A DNA stretch of 64,000 nt from Pseudomonadota bacterium (GCA_027624175.1 JAQBXT010000006.1:4439-68438), one strand, 5' to 3'; shown: positions 1-12,298, counted from the first letter of the stretch. Made by a program: numbers and translations. The notes: generated from the letters alone by a model not told the origin.

Positions 1-545
1 TGCTCCCGGTTCTTGACGTGGCCCGGATGCCGGGCGAGCGCGTGCACCATCCAGAATTCGGTCAGCGTCAGCGGCACCGGCTTGCCGCTCCAGGCGACCG
101 CGAAGCGCTTGAGATCGAGCAGCAGCGCGCCGCGCTCGAGCGTCTCCTCCGGCGACTGCGTCTCGTGCGAGAACTCGGCGCGACGAAACAGCGCCCCGAT
201 GCGCGCCAGCAGGTGCGGCAGGCTGATGTCCTTGGTGAGGTAGTCGTCCGCGCCGAGGCGCAGCCCGGAAACCACGTCGAAGTCGCTGTCGCGGGCGGTA
301 AGGAAGATGATCGGCAGCGTGGCCGAAAGAGCGCGCAGCTCGCGGCACAGGGCGAATCCGGCGTCGGCGTCGCTGCCCAATCCGATGTCGATGACGGCAA
401 GATCCGGCAGGCGCGAGCGCAGTGCCGCGAGCGCTTCTATGCGCCCGCTGAAGGCGCTGACCTCGAAGCCGTGCTTGCGCAGCGCCTCGCTGTAGTTGGC
501 GCGAATGGCCGGATCGTCCTCGACGATGGCGATGCGGCGGGACAT
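1..545 (-). CDS. OmpR/PhoB-family response regulator, 3' end cut by the window edge. Probably the dedicated sortase-system regulator (PrsR type).
   Basis: Not in the ORF track because it runs off the left edge. Manual reverse translation from the ATG at 545-543 gives MSRRIAIVEDDPAIRANYSEALRKHGFEVSAFSG...LPDLAVIDIGL...IIFLTARDSDFDVVSGLRLGADDYLTKD (receiver domain), then the start of a winged helix: LLLDLKRFAVAWSGKPVPLTLTEFWMVHALARHPGHVK. It is divergent from the sortase-target gene. Confidence 0.8.
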   Translation of the reverse strand, partial: MSRRIAIVEDDPAIRANYSEALRKHGFEVSAFSGRIEALAALRSRLPDLAVIDIGLGSDADAGFALCRELRALSATLPIIFLTARDSDFDVVSGLRLGADDYLTKDISLPHLLARIGALFRRAEFSHETQSPEETLERGALLLDLKRFAVAWSGKPVPLTLTEFWMVHALARHPGHVKNRE

Positions 546-703
546 GGCGGTCGACTATAGCCCATCGCCGCGGCGGCGGCGGCGCCTGCCACAGGATTGC
601 CAGAATTCATCGCCGCCCGTCCATCACCCGGGCCGCGCGCGGCCCGTGGCGCGCGTTGCAATGCTCTCGCAGCAGGCACGCCACTGCCGAGGACATCATC
701 CCC

Positions 704-2800
704 ATGCAAACTGAAACGCGCCCCGCCAATGCCCGCATCGTTTTCATGGACCTGATCGCGTTCGTGGTCCTGGCGGCCTCGATCGCGCTCGCCACCGCCG
801 TCGTCCTCGTCGGCGCGGTCCTCCTTCTGGCCGGCCGCGCCCACGCCTCGGAAACGCAGCACGGCGCGCTGCTGCTCAAGTCCCTCGACGGCACGGCGGC
901 GCCGAGTGCGCCGCTCCTGTCGACCGACGTCTCATTTCGCGTCTCCGGGATGGTCGCCAGGGCGCGCGTCGTGCAGATCTTCCAAAATGCCTCGGCGGAC
1001 TGGGTGGAAGGCATCTATGTATTTCCGCTACCGGAGAACGCCGCGGTGGATCGCCTGCAGCTGCGCATCGGGGAACGCAGGGTGGAGGGCGAGATCCGCG
1101 AGCGCGGCGCAGCGCGACGGGTCTACGAGCAGGCGCGCGCCAGCGGCCGGCGCTCGGCGCTGATGGACCAGGAGCGTGCAAACATCTTCACCACGCGCGT
1201 CGCCAATATCGGCCCGCGGGAATCGATCTCCGTCGAGCTCGAATACCAGCAGACGCTGCGCTACGACAACGGGCGCTATTCGCTGCGCTTCCCGATGGTC
1301 GTCGGGCCGCGCTACATCCCGGGGAACCTCAAGGTGGCCTCCGCCGATGCCTCCGGTTGGAGCCCGAATTCCGACCACGTCCCGGATGCGGCGCGCATTA
1401 CGCCGCCCGTACTGCGGCCGGAGACTGGGCTCATCAATCCGGTGAGCCTGCGCATCGAGTTGGACGCCGGCGTCCCGATCGCCCACGTGTCGAGCCCGTA
1501 CCATCGGGTGGAGGTGCGCAGCCCTTCGGCGAGCAGGCGCGTGATCGAGCTCGCCGCGGGTGCGGTTCCCGCGAACCGGGATTTCGAGCTGACTTGGGCG
1601 CCGCGCGTCGGCGCAGCACCGCAGCTGGCTTGGTTCGCCGAGGAGAAAGACGGACGGCATTACGGCCTGCTGATGGTATTGCCGCCTGCAGCCGATCCCG
1701 GCGCGCGGCTCGCCCGTGAAGTGGTGTTCGTGCTGGATACCTCGGGGTCAATGGCGGGCGCCTCGATCCGCCAGGCCAAGGCCGCCCTCGAGATGGCGCT
1801 CGCGCGGCTTGCACCGGGCGACCGGTTCAACATCGTCGAATTCAATTCCAGTGCGCACATGCTGTACGCGGACGCGCAGCCGGTGAATCCGCGCAATGTG
1901 CGCCGCGCCATCGACTGGGTGCGCTCGCTGCAGGCGCGCGGTGGCACCGAGATGGCCTCGGCGCTCAGGCTCGCGCTCGATGGCACCGACGGCGGCAACC
2001 GGGTGCGCCAGGTGGTGTTTCTCACCGACGGCGCGGTGGGCAACGAGGACGCGCTGTTTCGCCTGGTGCGCGAGCGCCTGGGCGACACGCGCCTGTTCAC
2101 CGTGGGCATCGGTTCCGCGCCCAACAGCCATTTCATGAGCAAAGCGGCGGAAATCGGCCGCGGCACGTTTACGTACATCGGGCGCATCGAGGAAGTGCAG
2201 GCGAAGATGGCGGCGCTGTTCTCGAAACTCGAGTCGCCGGTGTTGAAAGGGCTTGAAGTGCACTGGCCTGAGGGTTTACGCGCCGAGGCTTGGCCGGCCC
2301 GCATCCCGGACCTGTACGCAGGCGAGCCCGTGGTGATCGCTGCGGCGCTCGACCGGCTCGACGGCGAGCTACGCGTGAGCGGATTGCGCGAGAGCCGTGC
2401 CTGGGAAGCGCGCGTGCCGCTCGCGCGGCACACGGGCGCTGCCGGCATGGGTTCGCTCTGGGCCCGGGGTAAGGTGGAAGGGTTGATCGATTCGATCCGC
2501 GAGGGTGCGCCGGAGGAAACGGTGCGCATTGCGGTTATCGAGCTCGCCACCGCGCACCGTTTGGTTACGAAGTACACCAGCTTCGTCGCGGTCGACAAAG
2601 TTGCAGCGCGACCCTCCGACGCGCAGCTCAAGCTCGCAGCAGTGCCGACCAATCTGCCCGAGGGTTGGGAGTACGACAAGGTGTTCGGCGAGCTGCCGCA
2701 GGGCGCGACCGATAGCCGCTTCGCAATGCTGACTGGCGCACTGTTGCTGCTGCTGGCATTGGCGATGCTGTTCGCGCCGCGGCGTTGGAGGCTGACGTGA
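704..2800 (+). CDS. Sortase target protein: VIT domain plus von Willebrand factor A domain with a C-terminal LPXTG-like sorting signal (marine proteobacterial sortase target family).
   Basis: ORF 656..2800; ATG at 704 preferred (MQTETRP..., N-terminal TM/signal anchor). VIT-like block: VSFRVSGMVARARVVQIFQN...YVFPLPENAAVDRLQLRIGERRVEGEIRER. vWA MIDAS: VVFVLDTSGSMAG. C-terminus: LPQGATDSRFAMLTGALLLLLALAMLFAPRRWRLT (motif, hydrophobic helix, basic tail). Confidence 0.85.
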   Translation: MQTETRPANARIVFMDLIAFVVLAASIALATAVVLVGAVLLLAGRAHASETQHGALLLKSLDGTAAPSAPLLSTDVSFRVSGMVARARVVQIFQNASADWVEGIYVFPLPENAAVDRLQLRIGERRVEGEIRERGAARRVYEQARASGRRSALMDQERANIFTTRVANIGPRESISVELEYQQTLRYDNGRYSLRFPMVVGPRYIPGNLKVASADASGWSPNSDHVPDAARITPPVLRPETGLINPVSLRIELDAGVPIAHVSSPYHRVEVRSPSASRRVIELAAGAVPANRDFELTWAPRVGAAPQLAWFAEEKDGRHYGLLMVLPPAADPGARLAREVVFVLDTSGSMAGASIRQAKAALEMALARLAPGDRFNIVEFNSSAHMLYADAQPVNPRNVRRAIDWVRSLQARGGTEMASALRLALDGTDGGNRVRQVVFLTDGAVGNEDALFRLVRERLGDTRLFTVGIGSAPNSHFMSKAAEIGRGTFTYIGRIEEVQAKMAALFSKLESPVLKGLEVHWPEGLRAEAWPARIPDLYAGEPVVIAAALDRLDGELRVSGLRESRAWEARVPLARHTGAAGMGSLWARGKVEGLIDSIREGAPEETVRIAVIELATAHRLVTKYTSFVAVDKVAARPSDAQLKLAAVPTNLPEGWEYDKVFGELPQGATDSRFAMLTGALLLLLALAMLFAPRRWRLT

Positions 2801-3459
2801 GGCCCGATCTCGCATGGGGTGCGGAATGCGCCTGGCCGGAGCGGGAAGATCAAAAGCCTGCGGCCACGCCCTGGAAGTACCTGGCGCTCGCCTTGCTGCT
2901 GATCGGCGGTCTGCAGTTCGGCCGCGGCGCCTGGATACAGGCCAAGGCGTGGCTCGCACAGGAACTCATCGCGCACGCCTGGTCGCGCACGCTCAAAGGC
3001 GAACAGCAAGTGAAGCCCTGGCCCTGGGCCGATACCTGGCCGGTGGCGCGCCTTTCCGCACCCGCATTGGGCATCGAGCGCTATGTCCTTGCAGGCGCCG
3101 ACGGCAGCGCGATGGCCTTCGGCCCAGGCCACGTCTCCGGCACTCCGGTGCCGGGCGAAACCGGCAACAGCGTGATCGGCGGGCACCGCGATACTCATCT
3201 CGCGTTCTTGCGCCACCTGAAACCCGGCGACGCGCTCGAGATCGAGCGTGCGGACGGCCGGCGCATTGGATACCTCGTGCGCGACGCCAACGTACTGGAC
3301 CGGCGCGACATCTGGGTGGCGAAGCAGGAAGGTCCGGACCGGCTGACCCTGGTCACCTGCTTTCCGTTCGACGCGCTGCGCGCCGGTGGTCCGCAACGGT
3401 ACGTGGTGTTCGCGTATGAATTCAAGAACCGCGGCGGCGAGCGCGGGACGCGGGGCTAG
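2785..3459 (+). CDS. Sortase, proteobacterial (class GN / marine type) cysteine transpeptidase.
   Basis: ORF 2785..3459. N-terminal TM segment KYLALALLLIGGLQF, catalytic His in VIGGHRDTHLAFL, catalytic Cys in RLTLVTCFPFD. The start is either TTG at 2785 or GTG at 2797; the latter overlaps the target-gene TGA as GTGA. Confidence 0.85.
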   Translation: MEADVRPDLAWGAECAWPEREDQKPAATPWKYLALALLLIGGLQFGRGAWIQAKAWLAQELIAHAWSRTLKGEQQVKPWPWADTWPVARLSAPALGIERYVLAGADGSAMAFGPGHVSGTPVPGETGNSVIGGHRDTHLAFLRHLKPGDALEIERADGRRIGYLVRDANVLDRRDIWVAKQEGPDRLTLVTCFPFDALRAGGPQRYVVFAYEFKNRGGERGTRG

Positions 3460-3513
3460 CCTCCTCCTCTAGCCGCCCTCCCCGCTCGCCTGCTTCGGCA
3501 CGCGCCGGAGTTG

Positions 3514-3538
3514 AACCGCGGTCTTGACACCGCGGTTT
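3514..3538 (+). terminator. Possible weak intrinsic terminator after the sortase gene.
   Basis: Perfect 9-bp inverted repeat AACCGCGGT / ACCGCGGTT with loop CTTGAC, followed only by TTTGCTG. The U-tract is poor. Confidence 0.3.
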
Positions 3539-3577
3539 GCTGTCGCGCAGGATTCCCTCTCTCAAGGAGATCATCCC

Positions 3578-4171
3578 ATGATTCCCCTGACAGTCGCGAT
3601 CCGCATTCTCGCGTCAACGCTCGCCGCTACGCTGTTGCTTGCCGGTACGGCCCGATCGGCGGAGGAACCGGCATTGAGCGGCTATACCTGCTGCAATCTG
3701 CACTACGACAAGGACTGGATCAGTGATGCGAATTGGTCGTCCCTGGCGATGCTGCCCGCTGGCGCCAGCATCCATACCACCGGTTATGGCCGCTACCGCA
3801 TCATGGTGGAGATCGATGGCCGCAAGATGCGCCTGGGCCAGGACTACGGACGCCAGCAGAGCCTGGCGGATTGGGCGCGCAACCTCATCGTCGCGCAGGA
3901 TCCAAGGCGGAAAATCGCCGCATGGCCGGCCCCGGTGCGCAACGCGATCCACGCGGGGAAGGTCGCACTCGGCATGAGCAAGGAGCAAGTGCTCGTCGCT
4001 GTCGGCTACCCGCCGAGGCATAAAACGCCGTCGCTCGATGCGCCGCAGTGGAAATACTGGCACACCAGTTTCGGCAGCTACCTGGTGGTGTGGAATGGAT
4101 CGGGGCGATTGAAGGACGTGATCGCCGATCCGCAGACTCGCTTCGGGGTCCTGTACGAGCCCGGCAGGTAG
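3578..4171 (+). CDS. Secreted hypothetical protein with a signal peptide and a BamE/SmpA_OmlA-like C-terminal region.
   Basis: ORF 3524..4171. The ATG at 3578 is preceded by AAGGAGA (3564-3570). Signal-like MIPLTVAIRILASTLAATLLLAGTARSAEE, vicinal cysteines in YTCCNLHY, and C-terminal GMSKEQVLVAVGYPP...WKYW...VVWNGSGRLKDV. Confidence 0.6.
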   Translation: MIPLTVAIRILASTLAATLLLAGTARSAEEPALSGYTCCNLHYDKDWISDANWSSLAMLPAGASIHTTGYGRYRIMVEIDGRKMRLGQDYGRQQSLADWARNLIVAQDPRRKIAAWPAPVRNAIHAGKVALGMSKEQVLVAVGYPPRHKTPSLDAPQWKYWHTSFGSYLVVWNGSGRLKDVIADPQTRFGVLYEPGR

Positions 4172-4183
4172 CCGGCCCTCCCG

Positions 4184-4255
4184 CTACTTCTTGCGCAGTT
4201 TCCTGATCGCGGCGATCTGGGCGGCGAGCATGGCGCGGGCGGCGAATTCGCCCAC
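4184..4255 (-). pseudogene. Orphan remnant of the 3' end of an atpC (ATP synthase epsilon) gene.
   Basis: The reverse strand reads ...[23 protein letters not shown]-stop. The last 15 residues are identical to the C-terminus of the intact atpC at 7457 ([18 protein letters not shown]). The nucleotide differences are all at synonymous positions. No upstream atpC body is present. Confidence 0.6.
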
Positions 4256-4326
4256 ACGCGCGTTCGCCCGCCGGCCCAGGGCGCCCGCGCCGGCGGGTCG
4301 GGCGGCCGGAGGGACGGGTTGTTCTG

Positions 4327-5310
4327 CTATTTCTGCTCCATCTTTTTCGCCCACTCGGTGTACTTCTTCGCTTTGTCGTGCGTCTCCTTGTAGTACCGCG
4401 CGTATTCGTCGCCCGTCATGATCTTCACCGCCAGGCCCGCGGTGTCCATCTTCTGGACGTGGTCGGGATCCTGCATCGCTTTCTTCAGCACGTCGGCGAG
4501 CTGCTTGACGACCGCCGCCGGGATGCCCTTCGGGCCCGCGATTCCGCGGGTCGAACTCGAGATTACGGTCGGATAGCCGAGCTCCTTGGTCGTCGGCACG
4601 TCGGGAAGAAATTTCGAGCGCTCGTGGTCAAGCACCACGAGGGCGCGCACCTCGCCCGAGCGCACGCGCGGCACGATGCTGCCGACGTTGTCGAAGGCGA
4701 CATCGACGTTCCCGCCCATGATCTCCTTGAACTGCGCCGCACTGCCCACCAGGTGCACGATGCGTAATGTCGCGCCCGGCACCGCTTCCTCGACCATCAG
4801 AATGGCCAGATGGTCATCGCTCAGGATCCCGGTGGTCGCGGCGCGGATCGTGCCCGGCGCCTTCTTCGCGGCGTCGATCAGATCCCCGAGCGTCTTGTAC
4901 GGGCTGTCGGCACGCACCCAGATCACGCCCGGGTCGAGCACCTGATTGATGATGGGCACGAAATCGTCAACGTTGAAGATTGCCTTTCTTTCGGGGTCGA
5001 GCACCACGGTGTTGGTCGCCGGCAGATTGATATAGCCGATGAAGTAGCCGTCGGGCCTGCGCCGCGCCATGTCGGTCCATCCGACCTGGCCGCCCGCGCC
5101 GCCCTTGTTCACCACCACCATCGGCTGGCCGAGGATCTTCTCGGCGATCGAGGCAACGATACGGGCGCCGATGTCGGTGCTGCCGCCTGCGGGATAGGCA
5201 ACCATCAGCTCGACGGGTCGCGTCGGGAACGACTGGGCGAAGGCCGTGCCGCCCGTGAGGGTGAGTACAGCGATCGTCAACGTAACGCTTTTGACAAGCA
5301 GTTTAAGCAT
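4327..5310 (-). CDS. tctC: Tripartite tricarboxylate transporter substrate-binding protein (TctC/Bug family).
   Basis: 327-aa ORF with signal peptide MLKLLVKSVTLTIAVLTLTGGTAFAQ. Typical Bug-family sequence (FPTRPVELMVAYPAGGSTDIGARI...) and operon context with tctA and tctB. Confidence 0.85.
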   Translation of the reverse strand: MLKLLVKSVTLTIAVLTLTGGTAFAQSFPTRPVELMVAYPAGGSTDIGARIVASIAEKILGQPMVVVNKGGAGGQVGWTDMARRRPDGYFIGYINLPATNTVVLDPERKAIFNVDDFVPIINQVLDPGVIWVRADSPYKTLGDLIDAAKKAPGTIRAATTGILSDDHLAILMVEEAVPGATLRIVHLVGSAAQFKEIMGGNVDVAFDNVGSIVPRVRSGEVRALVVLDHERSKFLPDVPTTKELGYPTVISSSTRGIAGPKGIPAAVVKQLADVLKKAMQDPDHVQKMDTAGLAVKIMTGDEYARYYKETHDKAKKYTEWAKKMEQK

Positions 5311-5342
5311 CGCAGTTCCTCCTGTTTTCGTGGGACATCACA

Positions 5343-6842
5343 CTACACCTGCGCTTCGCTATCGCGAAGCTGCCGGGGCGCGAGCTTGAACGCCGCGCCC
5401 ACGACGACGACACCGGCCGCGATCAGCAGCCCGAGACACAGGGGCCGCGTCACGAAGATCGAGAAATCCCCCGCCGACATCTCCAGCGAGGTGCGCATCG
5501 ATTTCTCGAGCGCGGGGCCAAGAATAAGGCCAAGCACCAGGGGCGCGAGCGGCAGATCCAGCTTGCGCAGCAGGTAACCGACGACCCCGCATAAGATCAT
5601 CACCCAGACGTCGAAGGCGCTCTGCTGCAGGCTGTAGGCGCCCATGATGCACAAGAGGAGGATGCCGACGGCGAGGTATTTGAAAGGCACGTGCAGGATC
5701 TTCGCCCACAGGCCTACCAGCGGCAAATTGAGAATCAGCAGGATGAGATTGCCGATGAAGAAGCTCGCGATCACGGTCCACACCAGGTCGGGTCGCTCCT
5801 GGAACAGGAAGGGTCCCGGCGTGAGCCCATTGATGATGAACGCGCCCATCAACACCGCAATGGTCGGCGAGCTCGGGATGCCGAGCGTCAGGAACGGGAC
5901 CATCGCGGCATTCGCGTAGGCGTTGTTCGCCGTCTCGGGCGCCGCGACCCCCTCGATCGCGCCCTTACCGAAGCGCTCGGGGGTCTTCGATATACGCTTT
6001 TCGGCGATATAAGCCATGAACGTGGGAACGATCGACCCGATGCCAGGGATCAGGCCAAGAAAGAAGCCGATTCCGGTTCCGCGCGCGATCGCGCCCCAGG
6101 AACGGTGCCACTCGTCCCGGCTCGGCAGCAGGCCGCTGAACTTGGTGCGGATGATCTCCTGCACCGGCCGCTCGACCGTGATGAGAATTTCCGCGATGCC
6201 GTACAGGCCCATCACCACCGGGACGATCCCCAGCCCGTCGTACAGGTCGGCGATGCCGAAAGCGAAGCGCGGCGCGCCTCGCACCGGATCGATGCCGATC
6301 ATCGAGATGAGCAGCCCGAGCGCCGTCATCATCAGCGCGGCCGAGAGCGAGCGCCCGGCCAGGCCGCTGACCAGACACAGGCCGAGCAGCATCAGCGCGA
6401 AAAATTCAGGCGGTCCGAACGACAGCGCGAATTTCGCGAGCGGTGGCGCGACCAGAACGAGCGCGATGGTTGCCGCCATTCCGCCGATGAACGAGCCGAT
6501 CGCGGCGATGCCGAGCGCGGTTCCGCCGCGGCCTTGCTTGGCCATCTGATGGCCGTCGATGCATGTGATGACGGATGCCGCCTCGCCCGGAACGTTGATC
6601 AACACCGAGGTGATCGTGCCGCCGTACATGGCGCCGTAGTAGATCGCGGCAAGCATGATGATCGCGCCAGTCGGATCGAGCTTGAAGGTGATCGGAATCA
6701 GGATCGCCGTTCCCGCCGCCGGTCCGAGCCCGGGCAGTACGCCGATGAGCGTGCCGAACACGCAGCCCGCAAACGCGTAGGCGAGATTGGCTGGGCTCAA
6801 CGCCGCGGCGAATCCCGCGAGAAGGTGTGGCAGGCTGTCCAT
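5343..6842 (-). CDS. tctA: Tripartite tricarboxylate transporter large permease TctA.
   Basis: 499-aa polytopic membrane ORF with TctA-like sequence (GVLPGLGPAAGTAILIPITF..., GIPSSPTIAVLMGAF), between tctB and tctC. Confidence 0.85.
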   Translation of the reverse strand: MDSLPHLLAGFAAALSPANLAYAFAGCVFGTLIGVLPGLGPAAGTAILIPITFKLDPTGAIIMLAAIYYGAMYGGTITSVLINVPGEAASVITCIDGHQMAKQGRGGTALGIAAIGSFIGGMAATIALVLVAPPLAKFALSFGPPEFFALMLLGLCLVSGLAGRSLSAALMMTALGLLISMIGIDPVRGAPRFAFGIADLYDGLGIVPVVMGLYGIAEILITVERPVQEIIRTKFSGLLPSRDEWHRSWGAIARGTGIGFFLGLIPGIGSIVPTFMAYIAEKRISKTPERFGKGAIEGVAAPETANNAYANAAMVPFLTLGIPSSPTIAVLMGAFIINGLTPGPFLFQERPDLVWTVIASFFIGNLILLILNLPLVGLWAKILHVPFKYLAVGILLLCIMGAYSLQQSAFDVWVMILCGVVGYLLRKLDLPLAPLVLGLILGPALEKSMRTSLEMSAGDFSIFVTRPLCLGLLIAAGVVVVGAAFKLAPRQLRDSEAQV

Positions 6843-6854
6843 GTCCTGGCCGCG

Positions 6855-7388
6855 TCAAAACCCGAGCGCCCCAATCGGCAGCGGTACTTTGAGCCAGTAA
6901 TAGAACACGTGAAACAGACCGAAGCCGCTGATCAGCGCGAACAGCGCGATCACCACGGGCCGGCGCACGCCGAGCGCGACAAGTAACAGCGACGTGAACG
7001 CGAACGCGGTCAACCGGAAACCGAGCGGCTCGAGCGCCAGCGCAGCCGCGACCAGCCCTGCGAGAAGCGTGATCGCCCGCACCGCTCCGGCGCGATCCGG
7101 CCACGCAACCTCGCCGCCCTCGCCGACCGAGCCGCCGCGCACCGAGAGGACCAGCAGTGAGACGCTGAGCACGGCGCCGATCAAACCGAGCCAAAAGGGG
7201 AAAAATCCCGATCCGGGGCCGAGCCGGTCTTTCAGGCCATAGCCGTACGCCGTCGCCGCCATCGCAGCGAACAGCACGCCGAGGCATCCGAGCACAATCC
7301 TTTCGACGATCCGGTGCGACCCGGATACGGCTGTCACGGCGACGTCTCCATGTTCGGAAGTCACGGAGTAGATCATACGGCGCGCCAT
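6855..7388 (-). CDS. tctB: Tripartite tricarboxylate transporter small permease TctB.
   Basis: ORF 6855..7406 (TTG). In-frame ATGs at 7388 and 7376, so the start is uncertain. Four hydrophobic helices, and position directly upstream of tctA. Confidence 0.7.
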   Translation of the reverse strand: MARRMIYSVTSEHGDVAVTAVSGSHRIVERIVLGCLGVLFAAMAATAYGYGLKDRLGPGSGFFPFWLGLIGAVLSVSLLVLSVRGGSVGEGGEVAWPDRAGAVRAITLLAGLVAAALALEPLGFRLTAFAFTSLLLVALGVRRPVVIALFALISGFGLFHVFYYWLKVPLPIGALGF

Positions 7389-7456
7389 CGCGCCATCGAC
7401 CAGCAAGTTCAGGCCGGTGCATACACCGAGTACGGCCCTCGCGGGGCCGACCCGAG

Positions 7457-7878
7457 TTACTTCTTACGCAGCTTCCGGATGGCCGCAATTTGCGCAGCGA
7501 GCATCGCCAGCTCGCCTTCCACCGCGGCGATCTCCTGCTTGTCCTGCGCCTTGGCACGCGCTTCCTCGGCTTTCTTCAGCGCTTCGTTCGCCTTCGCCTC
7601 GTCGAGGTCGTGGCCGCGGATCGCAGTGTCTGCGAGCACGGTGATCACCTTAGGCTGAACCTCGAGGATCCCGCCGGCGACGAAGATCAGCTCTTTCTGG
7701 CCGCCCCCGGCCGGCGTGATCTCGACCGTGCCCGGCTTGATGCGCGTGATGAGCGGCGTGTGGCGCGGATAGATGCCGAGCACGCCCGCCTCGCCAGGCA
7801 GAACGACGAACTCCGCCTCGCCCGAGTAGATCGAGGCTTCGGCGCTGACAACGTCGACGTGGATGGTGGCGGCGGCCA

Positions 7879-7879
<1 letters not shown>
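7457..7879 (-). CDS. atpC: F0F1 ATP synthase subunit epsilon.
   Basis: In ORF 7457..7960 the real start is [45 protein letters not shown] at 7879. That ATG overlaps the atpD TAA by 1 nt (TAATG). Confidence 0.95.
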
Positions 7880-9318
<1,439 letters not shown>

Positions 9319-10182
9319 TTAGACGGCGGCAGCGCCGCCCACGATTTCCGATAGCTCTTTGGTGATGCCGGCCTGACGGTTCTTGTTGTAGATCAGCGTC
9401 AGTTCGTCGATCAGGTCGGCGGCGTTATCGGAGGCGGCCTTCATCGCCACCATGCGCGCCGACTGCTCGGATGCCATGTTCTCGGCCACCGCCTGGAAAA
9501 TGATCGCCTCGATATAGCGCGTCATCACCTGGTCGAGTACCGCCTTGGCCTCCGGCTCGTACAGGTAGTCCCAGACCGATTCCGGCGTGCCCATGCGCTC
9601 GCCCGAAAGCGGCAGCAGTTGCTCGATCACTGCCTCCTGCTTCATGGAATTGACGAAGCGCGTGTAGCCGATCATCAGGCGGTCAAAACGGTCCGTGGTA
9701 TAGCCGTCGAGCATCACCTTGATGGTGCCGATCAGCTTGTCCATCTGCGGCCGGTCGCCGATCTGCACTGCGTGCGAGGCTATATTGGCCCCCAGGCGCT
9801 GCATGAAACCGAAGCCCTTGTTGCCGATGCAGCAGACGTCGATTTCCTCGCCCTCCGCCAGCCAGGCCTTGTACTGGGCGAGCACCATGCGCAGCAGGTT
9901 GGTGTTCAGCGCCCCGCACAGCCCCTTGTCGGTGGTGATCACGATCAGCCCGACGCGCTTCACGCTGTCGCGCGGCACCAGGAACGGGTGCCGGTACTCC
10001 GGGTTGGCATGGCTGATGTGCGCGGCGACGTTGCGGATCTTCTCGCCGTAAGGGCGCGCCATGCGCATGCGTTCCTGCGCCTTCCTCATCTTGGAGGCGG
10101 CGACCATCTCCATGGCCTTGGTGATCTTCCGAGTGTTCTGCACACTCTTGATCTTCACCCGTATTTCTTTGGTGCCCGGCAC
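9319..10182 (-). CDS. atpG: F0F1 ATP synthase subunit gamma.
   Basis: 287-aa ORF: [36 protein letters not shown]...[15 protein letters not shown]. Confidence 0.97.
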   Translation of the reverse strand: MPGTKEIRVKIKSVQNTRKITKAMEMVAASKMRKAQERMRMARPYGEKIRNVAAHISHANPEYRHPFLVPRDSVKRVGLIVITTDKGLCGALNTNLLRMVLAQYKAWLAEGEEIDVCCIGNKGFGFMQRLGANIASHAVQIGDRPQMDKLIGTIKVMLDGYTTDRFDRLMIGYTRFVNSMKQEAVIEQLLPLSGERMGTPESVWDYLYEPEAKAVLDQVMTRYIEAIIFQAVAENMASEQSARMVAMKAASDNAADLIDELTLIYNKNRQAGITKELSEIVGGAAAV

Positions 10183-10199
10183 GGTTCTGCTTCCTCAGC

Positions 10200-11747
<1,548 letters not shown>

Positions 11748-11756
11748 GCCAGCTCC

Positions 11757-12293
11757 TTAAGCTTTCAGTGCGTTCTCGAGCGCGCCCAGCTGGGCGCGCG
11801 CGGAACCGTCGATGACCTTGTCGCCGATCAACACCTTGACCCCGCCGATCAGCGACTTGTCCACGCTGACGCGGACTTTCACCTTGCGGCCGGTTTTCTT
11901 TTCCAGCCTCGAGACCAGGTCGGCAAGCTGGCCCTGGTCCATTTCGAACGCCGTATGGATCTCGGCATCCACCGTGCCTTCACGCTCGTTCTTCAGTGCC
12001 TCGAAGTGCGTGCGGATCTCCGCCACCACGCCCAGGCGGCCGTTGTCGGCGAGCACGCGCACGAAGTTCTCGACGTCGCCCGAGAGCTTGCCGGCGAGGA
12101 TCGAGACGATCAGCCCGGCGATCCTGGCTGCGGACAGGTTGGGGTCGCCCACCGCCGCGCGTACTCGCGCATCCGCCGCCACTGCGGACAGGTTCGCGAG
12201 GGCCACCGACCACTCGGCGAGCTTGCCCGCGCCGTCGGCGAGCTTGAATACCGCCTCTGCGTAGGGTCGCGCAATGGTGCTGGGTTCGGCCAT
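11757..12293 (-). CDS. atpH: F0F1 ATP synthase subunit delta.
   Basis: 178-aa ORF (IARPYAEAVFKLA...) placed between atpF and atpA. Confidence 0.93.
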   Translation of the reverse strand: MAEPSTIARPYAEAVFKLADGAGKLAEWSVALANLSAVAADARVRAAVGDPNLSAARIAGLIVSILAGKLSGDVENFVRVLADNGRLGVVAEIRTHFEALKNEREGTVDAEIHTAFEMDQGQLADLVSRLEKKTGRKVKVRVSVDKSLIGGVKVLIGDKVIDGSARAQLGALENALKA

Positions 12294-12298
12294 CTTTC

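Noticed and set aside
3524-3529. TTGACA hexamer in the loop of the post-sortase hairpin, as a promoter for the 3578 gene.
   Set aside because: No acceptable -10 element lies 16-18 bp downstream.
6901-6917. parS-like half site AACACGTGAAACAG inside tctB.
   Set aside because: Only the right half matches parS. The left arm (TAGAA) does not, so it is unlikely to bind ParB.
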